DNA from: Kondoa subrosea
Lineage: Eukaryota
Assembly: GCA_039545335.1 (NCBI GenBank)
Contig: BCIN01000002.1
Coordinates: forward strand, 2,510,678-2,574,677
Direction of reading: 5' to 3'
DNA length: 64,000 nucleotides
The translations under genes were made by a program, and so were the position numbers. Positions within the stretch are counted from its first letter, which is position 1. The number at the start of each line of letters is the position of its first letter. Shown piece after piece: positions 1 to 12,658 of this stretch. Under the pieces are notes generated by a model. That model was not told the DNA's origin. It ran no database searches and saw only the letters and a program-made list of their open reading frames with translations.

Positions 1-903
1 CCTGCTGCTTGGTGGATCAAGACTTTCAATCAGGCAGGCAACCCTGTTCAGCGGCGGATATTGCAATCGCCGAAGTACCTGCAAGAACTGATCAAGATCC
101 ATTGTCGAAATCACACCGCTGCACGGAATGCTTTCGTAATTGATCTCGCCTGGTTGAAAAAGTACAATGACTCGGTACAAGAGAATTCTCCAAATTCAAG
201 GGTCGCATTCGCTCAAAGAACGATACACACTTTCTTTCGAACATCTCGCGTCGTCCGGAACGAGGCCTACCTTTTGCGCAAGCGCCAACAACAAGCTTAT
301 GATCGAATAGCTGCGCAAGTACTTGAAGCTTCCGGGGCAAGAGCAGGGCGCTTCAATCATTCGGAAGGCACTGCTAGCACTTACACAGAGCCTAGGATCA
401 AAGTCATCTTCGCTTTTGGCGCGGATTGTGGTCCAGCGCAAGGTATCAAGACGCATTCAGCAGACTTCCGAAATGGCATTCTTCGGGCAGTAGCATCAGA
501 AGTTGGTCATCAGAACGTTGATGCTATATGCATGCTGGTGAATGAGGCGTTCACTTCACAAGTATGTCCAGATGCATCGTGTTTGCGAGCACCGGGAGAG
601 GATTGGATGGATGCAAATACAGAGAGTGTCGGCTTCGATTGGATACGATCTTCGTATGTGCACTCAAACGTTGGTGATTCTCACTAAGTGGTCTATCGCA
701 GCTTGCACAAACCACATTTCGTCGATTCTGGTAACAAGTGCCAGAGAGTTCTGCAATGCGAACAATGTCGGCGAAAATACAACCGCGATCTGGCGGCAGC
801 ATGCAACATTGCCTTTGTCGCTTGGCATTGGCTGGTTTGGGGTTGTCACCCATTTGACCGAAAAGAAGGTAAAGCATACAATATGTTTGCGAGATTTTTC
901 TGA
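1..903 (+). CDS. Fanzor1 (eukaryotic TnpB-family RNA-guided RuvC nuclease), 5'-truncated by the window edge; 48-nt intron at 654-701
   Basis: Frame is open from base 1. Motifs: RKRQQQAYDRIAAQVL..G, KVIFAFG, VNEAFTSQVCPDASC (Glu at 544-546) and CEQC..YNRDLAAACNI (Asp at 787-789). Intron GTATGT...CTAA...CGCAG removes the TAA at 685-687 and joins ORFs 61-687 and 688-903 in frame. A possible second intron at 869-915 would change the C-terminus. Confidence 0.88.
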
Positions 904-919
904 CCAAGATCACAGATTT

Positions 920-1155
920 CCCGGTTCAGTCTATTAATGCAACCGATGGTGCTTAGCACCGCAGTATCGTGCGTTGACAAACTAACAATTATATCAGAGC
1001 TGATTGTTTTGTTCTACTTCCTTCTCTTATCCTCCTCACCTCTCTGACAATCTCGTTTCTATACGCTTTGCAACACGTAAGCACGTCTCGGCTGGGGTAT
1101 CAACCTGTCTCACTCCATGACAGGATTACCCGGATTTAACGGACATTATGTCCCT
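920..1155 (+). ncRNA. Candidate Fanzor omegaRNA / element right-end region
   Basis: Lies directly 3' of the Fanzor ORF. Hairpins: CGGTT/AACCG (922-945), GGTGC-TTA-GCACC (948-960), GGGTA..CCTGTC/GACAGG..TACCC (1095-1131) and GGACA-TTA-TGTCC (1141-1153). Boundaries are unknown. Confidence 0.45.
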
Positions 1156-1785
1156 TGGTAAAAACGGACTTCGATTTGTACATAGTGTGCCGTGTCCAGA
1201 AACTGCAGTTGCAAAACCTCATGTTCGCCTTGCATCCCAAGGCGTTGCTATATCTCAATTACCTGACCTGAGGGATCTGGAATTCAATATGGGCAGAGGG
1301 AGATCAGGGACAGTTTCGTCGATTGAGTCTTTTGAACTTTGAGGGATGAGAGGATTGCAACTGCTGGATCAGTTGAGACGGGGTATAGGGCTCTGTATGA
1401 TTGTCACTCATTTATTAGATCGCTTTGCGCGTGAAATTTCAAGTGCAAGTTTTTCCCGTTCACCATCTTTAAGTTGAGCAAGAAAGTGTTTGCGCACACG
1501 ACGAAAGCACTCTCATCAAGAAGACAAGTTCCTATCAAGAAGATGCACCAAGACGAGCGCGTCAACGAGTTCCGACGATGTCGAAAACAACAAAGTCAAT
1601 GCTCTCCGTCATTTGGCCATACTCGAGTACAGGAATAGTATCGCTCGATAGAGAGAATCAGTGCGACTCTAACGATGCGCTTTGCTTCGCCTAAAGTGGT
1701 CTACATTCTCGTGAAAGGCTGAAAATGTAGATTCCTTTCATCTCGAAGAGCTTTGTTTTGGTCCTTCTTGCGATGCCGGTGCCAC

Positions 1786-1791
1786 TATAAA
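1786..1791 (+). promoter_or_regulatory. Probable TATA box of the Mei2-like gene
   Basis: TATAAA followed by a pyrimidine-rich leader, about 140 nt upstream of ATG 1927. Confidence 0.45.
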
Positions 1792-1926
1792 TCTCCTCTG
1801 CTTTCATTCTTGCGCCTCTTGCTCCTGCTTTCATACTTTCGTTCCAGTCTGGCATTCGCACTTTTACTTCTCAGCACAGCTTGTCCTTCACTTGAACCCA
1901 GTCAGCGCTTGCTCTCTTAGCTTATC

Positions 1927-3944
1927 ATGTCGCTTGCTCCGATCTTTGAAAACGATCACGATGTCTTTGTGACTACCTTGGCTGAAATGTCTTTGAACGT
2001 AAGTTCCTCTCTTACTAGCGTTAATCTGCAAGCTGATCGTATGCACCGCAGTCTCCAACTAGGAAGCAATCTTCCGTTACCTTCCACTTGCCAGACACAC
2101 CACCTTACACGCCTGGTCGACCTTTGACCAAGACTTTCAATCCAGTTCTTTCCCCTTTGACACCACCAGCATTGCGCAGTCCAAAGAAGCAACGAGTTGG
2201 TCATCTCTCACCTGGTCTTTCTGTGTCTTACACACCTCCTCACCGTCGCTTAGCATCTCACTTTTCGCCATTCACTCGAGCCAATGCAACACCCTCTTCT
2301 TCCGCTCAGTTGTCTGCTGCGTTCGCTACAAACAAACGCTACATTGTCATCAGATCAGTTGACAAGCACATCAATCGGAACTTTCTGCGTCAGATCTTGC
2401 AGGTGACTTGTCGCAGAGCTATAATTATGTGTTTTTTGCTCATCTTGCTTCTCACAGAATGAGTACGGCGATATGCGCGTCTATGTTGATCAGCTTGCTA
2501 AAGAAGGATGGATTGTTCTGGCTTTGCATGACATCAATCTCATCCCAGCTGTGATGTCCAAACTCGAGATGGAAGATCGTTTTTCTGAAGCTGGTCTGGA
2601 ACTCGCTTTGACTCATTTATCTCGTAACGAGTTGCTCAATGTATGTCATTCTTCCGCTCTTATCGCCTCATGCTGAAGCACTGCCTGCCAGATCATTCCT
2701 GAGGATCATCATTCGAAAATTATCTCAGCTTGTGAAGGCTTCATTCGTATCGAAAGCATTGCTGGAGCAGATGCTCAGATGATTCGTCAAGCTACTTCAA
2801 GCTTTGGTGCTGTCAAGTCAATCACTTTGACCGAATCGAGCGCTTTCATTGTCGAATTCTTTGATGATCGAGCAGCTCATCAAGCAGTCGCTCACTTGCA
2901 TCAGATTTTGATCAACGGTGTTGAGCCTTTCGCATCCCTCTTCGACTTCTTTACCGATGTCGACTCTTGCGATCCATTCTCACCACCAGCTTTCCGTAGC
3001 ATTTATGGCGATCCAACGAAATCGCCTTCGCGTCAACGATCTACGGCGGATTCTCCATTGCCTCTTCGCTTCAATTCAGCTCCTCACATCTTTGCTCAAC
3101 TGGATCGCGATGTCTTCAGCTCACCACCTGTTTTGTCCAGATCAATCGAGCAGAAAAGTTCACAACGTTTTGGTAGTTTGCGTACTACGGAAGATGTACC
3201 TCATTACAATCACTTTGACTTGGCCAGAATTGCAAGTGGTCAAGAAAAGAGAACTACAGTTATGCTCAAGGTGGGTTGGTCGTTCGAATCGCAAGGCCGT
3301 TGCTAGATTGTAACTGTCTGCCCACAGAACATTGCTAATCGTATGACCCAACAAAACCTGCTCGACTTCCTTGATTCAGTCGTTCCTGGTCAATACAACT
3401 TCTTGTACCTGCGCATCGATTTCAAGACTGAAAACAATCTAGGTCGGTCTATAGGCTGCCTACTTTGGTTGTAGCTGACAATTATACAGGCTATGCATTC
3501 GTCAACTTCACCTCATCTGCTGCTCTACTTCATTTCGCTCAAGCCAAACTTGAAACTCATTGGGCACCAGATCACAGCGCTAAGTTGGTGCAGATGTGCT
3601 TTGCAAAAGATCAGGGACTGCCTCTTTTGGTCCAGCATTTCCGTGAGTTGCATCGTTCCAGCTTTCGCATTCTCTCATACATGTAACAGGCAATTCTGCT
3701 GTTCGACTTGAAAAACCAGAATGGCGACCTGTTCTGTTCGACTCAGCTGGGATGCAAGTTGATTTACCTCGTGAGTGAACCCGCTCTTCTATTTCAGACT
3801 ATGCTCATCTGCTGTCTAGCCATCAACGATTGGGCAGCTTTCAATAAGTCTTGCGAATCGCGTCATTATGGTCTTTTCCCTTCTGCATCGCCTGCTCGTA
3901 CCAAAGTCTTTGTGCCCGTCAGAGCTCGGGATGTATTTCAATAA
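1927..3944 (+). CDS. mei2: Mei2-like RRM RNA-binding protein (multi-exon)
   Basis: Spliced C-terminal Mei2-type RRM: RTTVMLK|NIANRMTQQNLLDFLDSVVPGQYNFLYLRIDFKTENNL|GYAFVNF. An upstream RRM-like segment reads FGAVKSI...FIVEFFDDRAA. Confidence 0.8.
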
Positions 3945-4014
3945 AAGGTATATCCCGGCGATTCAAACGTGTCCTTGTTGAGTTGAGGTAAATGCAAATA
4001 ATACGAAATGTAAT

Positions 4015-4485
4015 TCAATCACGACATTTGTATATTTCGTTAGCTACCCTGTTCCACTCTTGTTGATCTACTGCAAAGCGAGCAGCAAAATCCCTTTCCA
4101 TGGGATGAAACCTCTTGCCGACAATGACGAAACTATGCAAAGGCGAGCCAAATTTCTCTTCATCGCATTGATCAAGACCCGCTAGAGTTCCTGCTAATAT
4201 CACTTGCTGAGGAAATCCGACTTGAGCTAATGAGATAGCGAGAGTTTCTGCTGGATTGAGTTCGGATGTAGAGTCTAGTAGGGAAAGAAATTGTTGGATC
4301 GCTGTTGAAGTTGACATGAATCGAGCCGGTTCGTAAATTTTCCGCCCTCTATACTCAACTCAATGAGCAATGAGTTTCAGAAGAATGGATATTGGTGTGC
4401 TTACCTAGCTGAATTCTCTTCACTTTTCTCCTTGACTTTAATATCCAGTAGACAAAGTGTATATATGCCCAACTTGCAATCGACC
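4015..4485 (-). pseudogene. DPH5: DPH5 (diphthine methyl ester synthase), C-terminal half only
   Basis: KLGIYTLCLLDIKVKEKSEENSAR|ERKIYEPARFM...FGSPLHSFVIVGKRFHPMERDFA. There is no room for the N-terminal half because the PolX stop lies at 4536. Confidence 0.75.
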
Positions 4486-4535
4486 AAGACAGGGCGAGCA
4501 CAAGCTGACTTGTTCGGACTGACACTAACCGCTGA

Positions 4536-6513
4536 CTATTCTGCTATTGGCTTGCCTTCCGATGAGCAGTCAGCAATGCGATAATTAGGTGCTAGTCCAA
4601 ACATCAGAGAAATGCGATCATTAGCATCGACCGAACTCACGTATGTACTCCAACCCGAGAACCTTGAACACATCCTCTTCGCTATCGGCTAGGAATTCCT
4701 GTGAGTCTATTCGGTCGACGACTCCGCCAGACCAGAACTTCTTGCCTTGCTGTCTTGCCCAACCTATTAGCCGATTAAGATCGACAATGTCGAGCTGGAG
4801 GTACAATTCACTCACGACGCAGGTCTCGCTCGAACATTGTACTACCAGTCCAGCCAACTATAGCAGTCCAGTAATAACGACTGTGCCCGGATTGTGAGCA
4901 GGAGTTTGGCCGACCGAGATCTACTTACTAAGGCGCAACGATAAGGTCGACACGACGATGTATCTGCTGTAGATTACCTCGCTTAGGTGGCAGAAAGACG
5001 CCAAATAGCTTGTCGAGTGGATCTAAATTGCTATGCATTTGATCAATCCTCGACTCACTGAGATCATGTAAAGAAGGAACTTACCCATGAAAGTTCTGGG
5101 TTCCTGGTCTAGACGACGCGCATGTCAGTCTGTTCTTTGAAATGTGCGCTTTGAAGCATACATGCTTTCGCTACCAGTATGCGTCTGAAAGATAGTGTTC
5201 ACCAATATGCCTATTCAAAGCATTAGAATCGTTCTGATAAAAAACAGGAAACCTACCATCAACTTTCAAAGAGTGCATCAATTCTTTCAGTATGTATCGA
5301 TCTTTATTTCGCTCCCGATGGGTGATGACAATATCAATATCATTGCTTGCTGCTTTGCCGCGCCGATAGCCGCCTGTTATAGTATATTCAGCACCGGGAC
5401 GTATCTTCTCCAGATATTCAGCTACAAGTTGCGCGATTTCTTCCACTTCGAGCCTTGGAATTCTAACGATTCCGTTAGCATATTCTATCATTCACTAAAA
5501 GCATTAACATACTTGTGTGCCAAATCTTCCAAGTATTCAATGTTGTATTCAGGAGGTAAGAGATCAGGTCTTGTCATCCCTTGATTCCACATCTTTCTTG
5601 CATTGCCCGCTCCAAGTCCATATACTTCCGTCAGCTTCTTCAACTCTTCCAATTGCTGACTTTCTCTGTACCGTTCTGCATCTTCCATCTTCCCATTATC
5701 AGACCATTCCAAGATTTTTCCTTCAACGCCTTCGCCTATGCCTTTGATCTCCCGTAAATTAGTAGAGCGGTCGATTTTCCATGGATAAGATTTGATAGCT
5801 GCTATAGCACGACCATAAGAAAGCGATGATCTTTCGTTCCCATCTAATAGCAATCGACCAGCTTTGATAACATTCAACTCTTTCACTAGAGGTTCATTAA
5901 TGCATGTTATAGGTGAGAGACGTTGACAGGAAAAGTTTGAGTTGTTGTATTTTGCTTGAAGTTCTGCTTGCGAGTAAAGAGGAAGAGGTTTTTCAGGAGT
6001 AGGTTGAGCTCGAGGGATGTTTGGCGTCATATTTAGGGACAATTTACTCGGAGAAGGAAGAGGCGTCGAAGCTCTAGGAGTTGAAGGAGTACCAGGTTGA
6101 GAAGGATTGTATCTACTCTTGACTTCCTCTGGGTGAATAGCGTACTTTTCGAACTCCATTTGTCTTTCTTCCGCTACTGAATCATGAACCCATTTGAGCA
6201 TGACGAAAGTCTTCAAAGTCCACATTGATCGATCAGGTAAATGTCTAGAGATTCGAGCTGGGCCGCGGAGTTCAGTAATTATTACATCTGCCAATTCAGG
6301 TGTTTGGGTGATTCGACCTCCATGTTTGGAAATTAGAGATTCCGAGAATATTTTCTCGCCGTCTTCGAGTTTATCTTCCAGTACGCAGAAAGTGAGACTG
6401 GAATTGAAGATCGATTTCCGAAAGCTCTTTTGAGAGAAATGCTGGGAAGAAGATGCATACGAACTCGAATCGCTCGGTGAAGGAGGTCGAGGTCGTTTAG
6501 GAATACGAGACAT
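4536..6513 (-). CDS. Family X DNA polymerase, Pol mu/TdT-like, with N-terminal BRCT
   Basis: BRCT-like N-terminus; HhH motifs (IKGIGEG, VYGLGAG); GGYRRGKAASNDIDIVITH; RRVDLIV; GWTGS (mu/TdT signature); ends LGLEYIPPNYR...*. Confidence 0.9.
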
Positions 6514-6726
6514 AGCGGAAGAAGACGATGAGGGCACACTGAGTCGATGCGATCACGCCAAATCGATGACAAGTAATACAACGAGGACAGCTCTTAAACA
6601 GAGCTTACATGGAAAGGGTATGTGATATCAGTGTAGAGTAATTCACAGCTCTAGAAGACACAAACACTTCGAACGAATACGGCTGCACAAGATGAACATG
6701 CATCTTGACGAGAAACCATCGCGAAG

Positions 6727-7815
6727 ATGCCCAAAAGCAGAGATATCCCAAAGAAGAAGAGTACAGAGGTCAAGAAGTCCAAGAAGCCTTACCAGCGCAG
6801 AGAGATTCCAGTAGAAGACAAAGTGACTAGGCGATATATTGCCTTGCAAGCACAAGTTCAAGCTCAATTGCCAGCTCATGCAGTGAAGACGACAGAACAG
6901 CGTACGTGGGACGGTACATAAGTACAGCTCTAGCTGACCAAGTCTCAAAGTTCTCAGGCTGGATCCAGAGGATGCATTAGCGAAACAAACTAAAGCTCGA
7001 CTACTCATTCAGCTCGAACGCTTCCAAGAAGCTTCGCAATTGCTAGAAGAGGCAGAAGATAGCTCACTGCTGCAACGAGCGTATGCGCTGTATAAATTAG
7101 GCAAAGAACAGGCTGCCCTGGAGTTGATTGAAGGTCACACCGAAGAACAACGTGGTCTTAGGGCTCTGGAGGCGCAGATCGTTCGTCACGCATCAATGTA
7201 TCAGCTTTGTGCTGATATACTGGTCGTTGTGCGAATAGAGATACAAGCTAGAGGACTTCCAGCAAAGTCGAGATATCTATGAAGAATTGCTCGAAACAGC
7301 TGATATTGTACGTCTTCCTCGTCTTCTCCTCTCGGAATGTCTGACGAGATTGCGATCAGGACTCACCTGAACATGCCGACCTGCAAACCAATCTCAATGC
7401 AAGTGAAGCACATCTCTCTTTCCTCTCTTCCGTTCCCGATCGTCTAGCGCAAGCGAGCGATTCTCTTCCTTCCTTTGAAGTGCTCGAAACTACGCCTGTA
7501 TCCTCTCTAATTTCCGCTAACCCAATCTTGCGACCTAGACCGAAAACATTGCCTCAACCTAAACAAACCGGACCCTCTCAATCGAAGAAAGCTAGCAAAC
7601 TACCCAAAGCTATTGCTGCGCTGCCAGAGAACGAAAGACCAGCACCAGACCCAGATCGATGGCTTCCGAAACCCAAGAAGAAGTTGAGCAAGAGGGAAGA
7701 AAGGGTTAAGCTGCAGAGAGAGAAAGCAGCACATCAAGGAGGCTTAGGATCTGCTGTGGAGGCAAAGAAGAGCGCAGTGCCGAGTGGGAAGAATAAGAAA
7801 AAGGGCAAGAAGTGA
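6727..7815 (+). CDS. SRP72: Signal recognition particle subunit SRP72-like (short form)
   Basis: N-terminal TPR-like repeats (RAYALYKLG, LEAQI|RYKLEDF) and the SRP-RNA-binding motif PDPDRWLPK with a Lys-rich tail. Confidence 0.8.
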
Positions 7816-8148
7816 ACTTCCTTTGCTTGGGGATCCAATGTGACCGCTCACGGCTCTCTGAGTCTGTCCCGCTCGTATTACTGTGACAAGCTGTATCGGA
7901 ACGTTATCTAGAATTGATAGATTACCTAATCCTTGCCATGTTCGAAATTGACGCGCTCATTTGAGAACGTCCGTATACCACAGTTGTTGGCTACTATACC
8001 CACGGATATATACCTGGTCTGGTACAAGCGCGTGCTGTAGCGGTCTCTGCTCGCCTCTTACCATCTGCTGCGACATCTTCTTTAACTTCGTCAAGCAAGA
8101 TTGGCCTGCCAGTCTCTCGCTTGTCACTGTAGCATAACGACTACGAAC

Positions 8149-8958
8149 ATGTCATCAGTCCCTCCTGACAGCACACCGCTGGCTTCAGAGCTTTCTGACC
8201 TGATCTCTCGCTTCTCAACTACTTCCCAAGACCTCTTTTCCACAATTTCTACCTTTTCCACATCCCATTCTAGGAAAGCTTCGACTCATCTAGCTACTCT
8301 CTCGTCATTGGATAAACAGCTCGCTTCGTTGTTGGCAACCTTACCAGCACATCGAGCAAATCAGAAACGGATAACGGAACTAGTAGCACAAATCAAAGAG
8401 TACGATAGTGGTTGGAAAGAAGAGATTATCGCTGCTGAGAAAGTCAGGAGAGAATTATGGGATTTGGTACAATTGGGTAAAAGAGATAGAGAGCGTATTG
8501 ATCAATCTACTTTACGTGAGTCCTCTCTTCTTCTTCTCCTCTAGGCTCTTCTATTCATGCTTAGATTTGCTGTTAGATTCACCTACAAGCGAAGAAATCT
8601 TGGCTTTGGGAAGAAGATTAGCTCCTTATACTGCTGCACCATACCCACCTGTTCCTCATAGATCTCATGGAGCTCCTTTCCCAACAGAAGAAATCATGCG
8701 TCGAGGTGTATTAGGGCAAGGTGAATCTATGCCAGAAGTTATAGGTCAAATCTCGGATTTCACTGGAGGTAAAGTTTAACTTTGCTAGACTTTAGCTATA
8801 CAAGCTGATTTTTTGGTATAATAGAACCAAGAGGTGTCAAAATGGAGTTTGGTCATCAAAGACAAGTCGCGCATGGTCCGTTTGGTCAATCGAGAAAAGA
8901 AGAGGAAGAGGCAGACCTGTTTGCTTTTGATTTGGATCTGAATCCGGATTTGGAGTAG
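8149..8958 (+). CDS. MED4: Mediator subunit 4
   Basis: Coiled-coil N-terminus; EEILALGRRLAPYTAAP...PFPTEEIMRRGVL; ends FDLDLNPDLE*. Confidence 0.75.
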
Positions 8959-9529
8959 TGCATTGAGTTCTATTGACATTATGACATGTGATGTGAGTGT
9001 ATTTTGAGTGCTAGCTTTTCCGAGCTGATTGTCAAATCGCAATAGCTGTAGTGAGGAATATCATATCAGCTAAAGAAGTGGCTATACAGAATATTGTCGT
9101 ATCGTCGATACTCGATAGGTACTGTACTAGATCCACACAGCGCTGCGAAGACTCAGTGCTTCCCGTTCTTCGATAGGCAAAGCACCAAAGTTGCTTTGGT
9201 TTCCGATTTCGAGAGCATTTTTGGGTGAGAATTGCTTCACAATGGATGCCATGAAGAGGGCAAGAATGAAGGGAAGGAGAGTAAAGGTAGCAATCTACTC
9301 ATTTGCAGTTAGGCAAGTAAACCTCGAAAAGTGAAAAGAAATGAGCTTCGGGATTTTCATGTCCTCAGGATAGCTGTGACTACAATTCGCATCCAATACC
9401 GCTGACTCCTCGTCTCCCTTCCTTCCCTTCCATTGACACTTGCTCGGGTCAGAATGCCGGTTATTCCGAAGGTTTCAAAGATTTCGTGAAGGTTGCATCT
9501 CCCACTTCCATACCTCAAAGTCCGCAAAG

Positions 9530-10796
<1,267 letters not shown>

Positions 10797-11146
10797 TCGA
10801 TGCCATGTAGCGTTGGCAACTGGTATTCTCCCACTTTTCAGTATTGAAAGACCATGCTCATCGCCCATGCAGGGATCTGTAGTACCACTCAAGCGCTGTT
10901 TCAGTGCGACAGAACTCCACTGTATTGCATTCGGATTATTTGCATCACAGATTCAGTAAAACTCTTTGTCTTGACCTTGAAGTTTCTTGTCCGGTTTCGG
11001 CATCAGATATTCTCCTTGACTTTGGAAGCTTCTAGATACCTTTCTTGAAACGTTGCTACTCGAAGTGGCAATATTGGCAGATTTGTTATTTGCGAGCCAG
11101 CATAGTACAGAAATTAGGCCCAGCTTGTTGTTTCGTAGACGCGAAA

Positions 11147-12325
11147 TGTCTTCTTCAGTTTCACGAAAGCGCGCCAGGCCAGATGAACCTATATACAGCA
11201 GCTCTGCTTTGAAGAAAGCCATATCAGACTTGACTTCTTGTAAAGAGCTGTCGGGCGAAGCGGTGGATACAGTTCTGTCAACGTTGACTGAGGAGTATGC
11301 CAATGCTCGGAAGCTGGAGTCTTCTACTCCGTCCATATGAGCATGGATTCTGAGCGCAGAGAAGCTCGCTAGCTTGACGTGAGTGATCCATGTCTATGAC
11401 TTAGGTTGCTACCAGAAGCCTAATACAAGTCTGCCAGAACACACGAGCTACTAGCGTATCAGGAAGTCTACCGCAATCGTGATGCCTTCACAGCTCTTGT
11501 GAGTCTATACCGAATCTGATTACGTAAGGTTAATCTCGGCGAGCAGAACGCTTCCATTACTCCTGCAAACGTCAATGACCTCACTATCTGGCACCTACAT
11601 TTCAACGGTCCGATTGGAACAGTCTGGCAACCAGCTCGCCTGTTTTGTACTGTTATATTTCCGGACGATTCAATGAAACTGCCTAAATGTATGTTCTTGC
11701 TTACAATGCGTACCTTTCGGTGTTGATCCTGTGATCTAGTCAAGCACGTACCCCCGATCATGCATCCTAACATATTTCCGTACGCGAAAATTCATCAGCT
11801 CTGCGTCCAAGCAGAGTGAAAGCTAATGATGTCTTGCTCCTTTCGCAGATCCGGAACTCAAGGTTTCCCACCAGGCGGTTCTCGCGATGGCTTTATGTGT
11901 GATAGTTTCAGATCGGGTTTCCGTAGTTATGTCCAGTCTTTCCAGGCCCAGCCAGATCGATTATCCCAGGTATCTCTTGCATATTTTCTTTTGATCTGAA
12001 TCACACCCTTGCTAACGCTCTATCTAGGTATTCAAATGCCTACTGGAGATATTGAACCCGCCGATACCGATAACCCTTGCCAAACAGAGGCGTATACGCT
12101 TTTAAAGTCAGTCGAGTGGTTCCTCGAGTCAATATATTCTCACCTGTTATTCGTGACAGGAAAGATCCAGCGGCATACGAGTGAGTTTGAGTAGTGCGTT
12201 GAGATATCGCGATCTGAACTCGCAACAGCCAGCATATTTTGGAGACAGTCAAGTCTATGACGCCAGATCCAGTCACGGGCGTGCGTCCAATTGATTTAAA
12301 GGCAATAGCGAATGCGAGCTTGTGA
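11147..12325 (+). pseudogene. Ubc9-like E2-fold gene, lacking the catalytic Cys and apparently disrupted
   Basis: IWHLHFNGPIGTVW...IFPDD..PK|.KHVPPIMHPNIFP|SGTQG..., then DNPCQTEAYTLLK|KDPAAY. There is an in-frame TAA near 11421 and an apparent frameshift near 12060. Confidence 0.55.
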
Positions 12326-12658
12326 TACAAGAGTGTAATACGGACACAATGAACAGCAGTTTCTCGATTCCGATGTAATGGCTGGTTGAGGGTTCCCTTG
12401 TGCAAAGGACTTACAGTCAGCAGCAGCAATCCTTGCTAAAGCTCTTGTAGTTGTCGCCTGAATGGCAGAAGTACTTTCACTTGCATTTCCAGGATGAACC
12501 TCAACAGAAGGCGACCATCTTTCCGGCAGCATTAGCTAAATAGGCTTGACTCTTGAGCTGCCCAGCACCCATCGAGCAAGTTTAGAGATACCCGAGCCTC
12601 GACAGATCCCTCAGTATCTACTCGCTCGTCTCTTTCTTCAAGTTTCTTTCCATCACCG

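Noticed and set aside
1..903. Bacterial IS200/IS605 TnpB contamination
   Set aside because: It contains a spliceosomal-type intron like the host's and is contiguous with fungal genes.
4015..6513. PolX-DPH5 fusion protein
   Set aside because: The last PolX exon ends at TAG 4536, and I found no convincing splice into the DPH5 fragment.
9127..9400. Small minus-strand hydrophobic ORF (IATFTLLPFILALF...)
   Set aside because: I could not build a convincing start or first exon.
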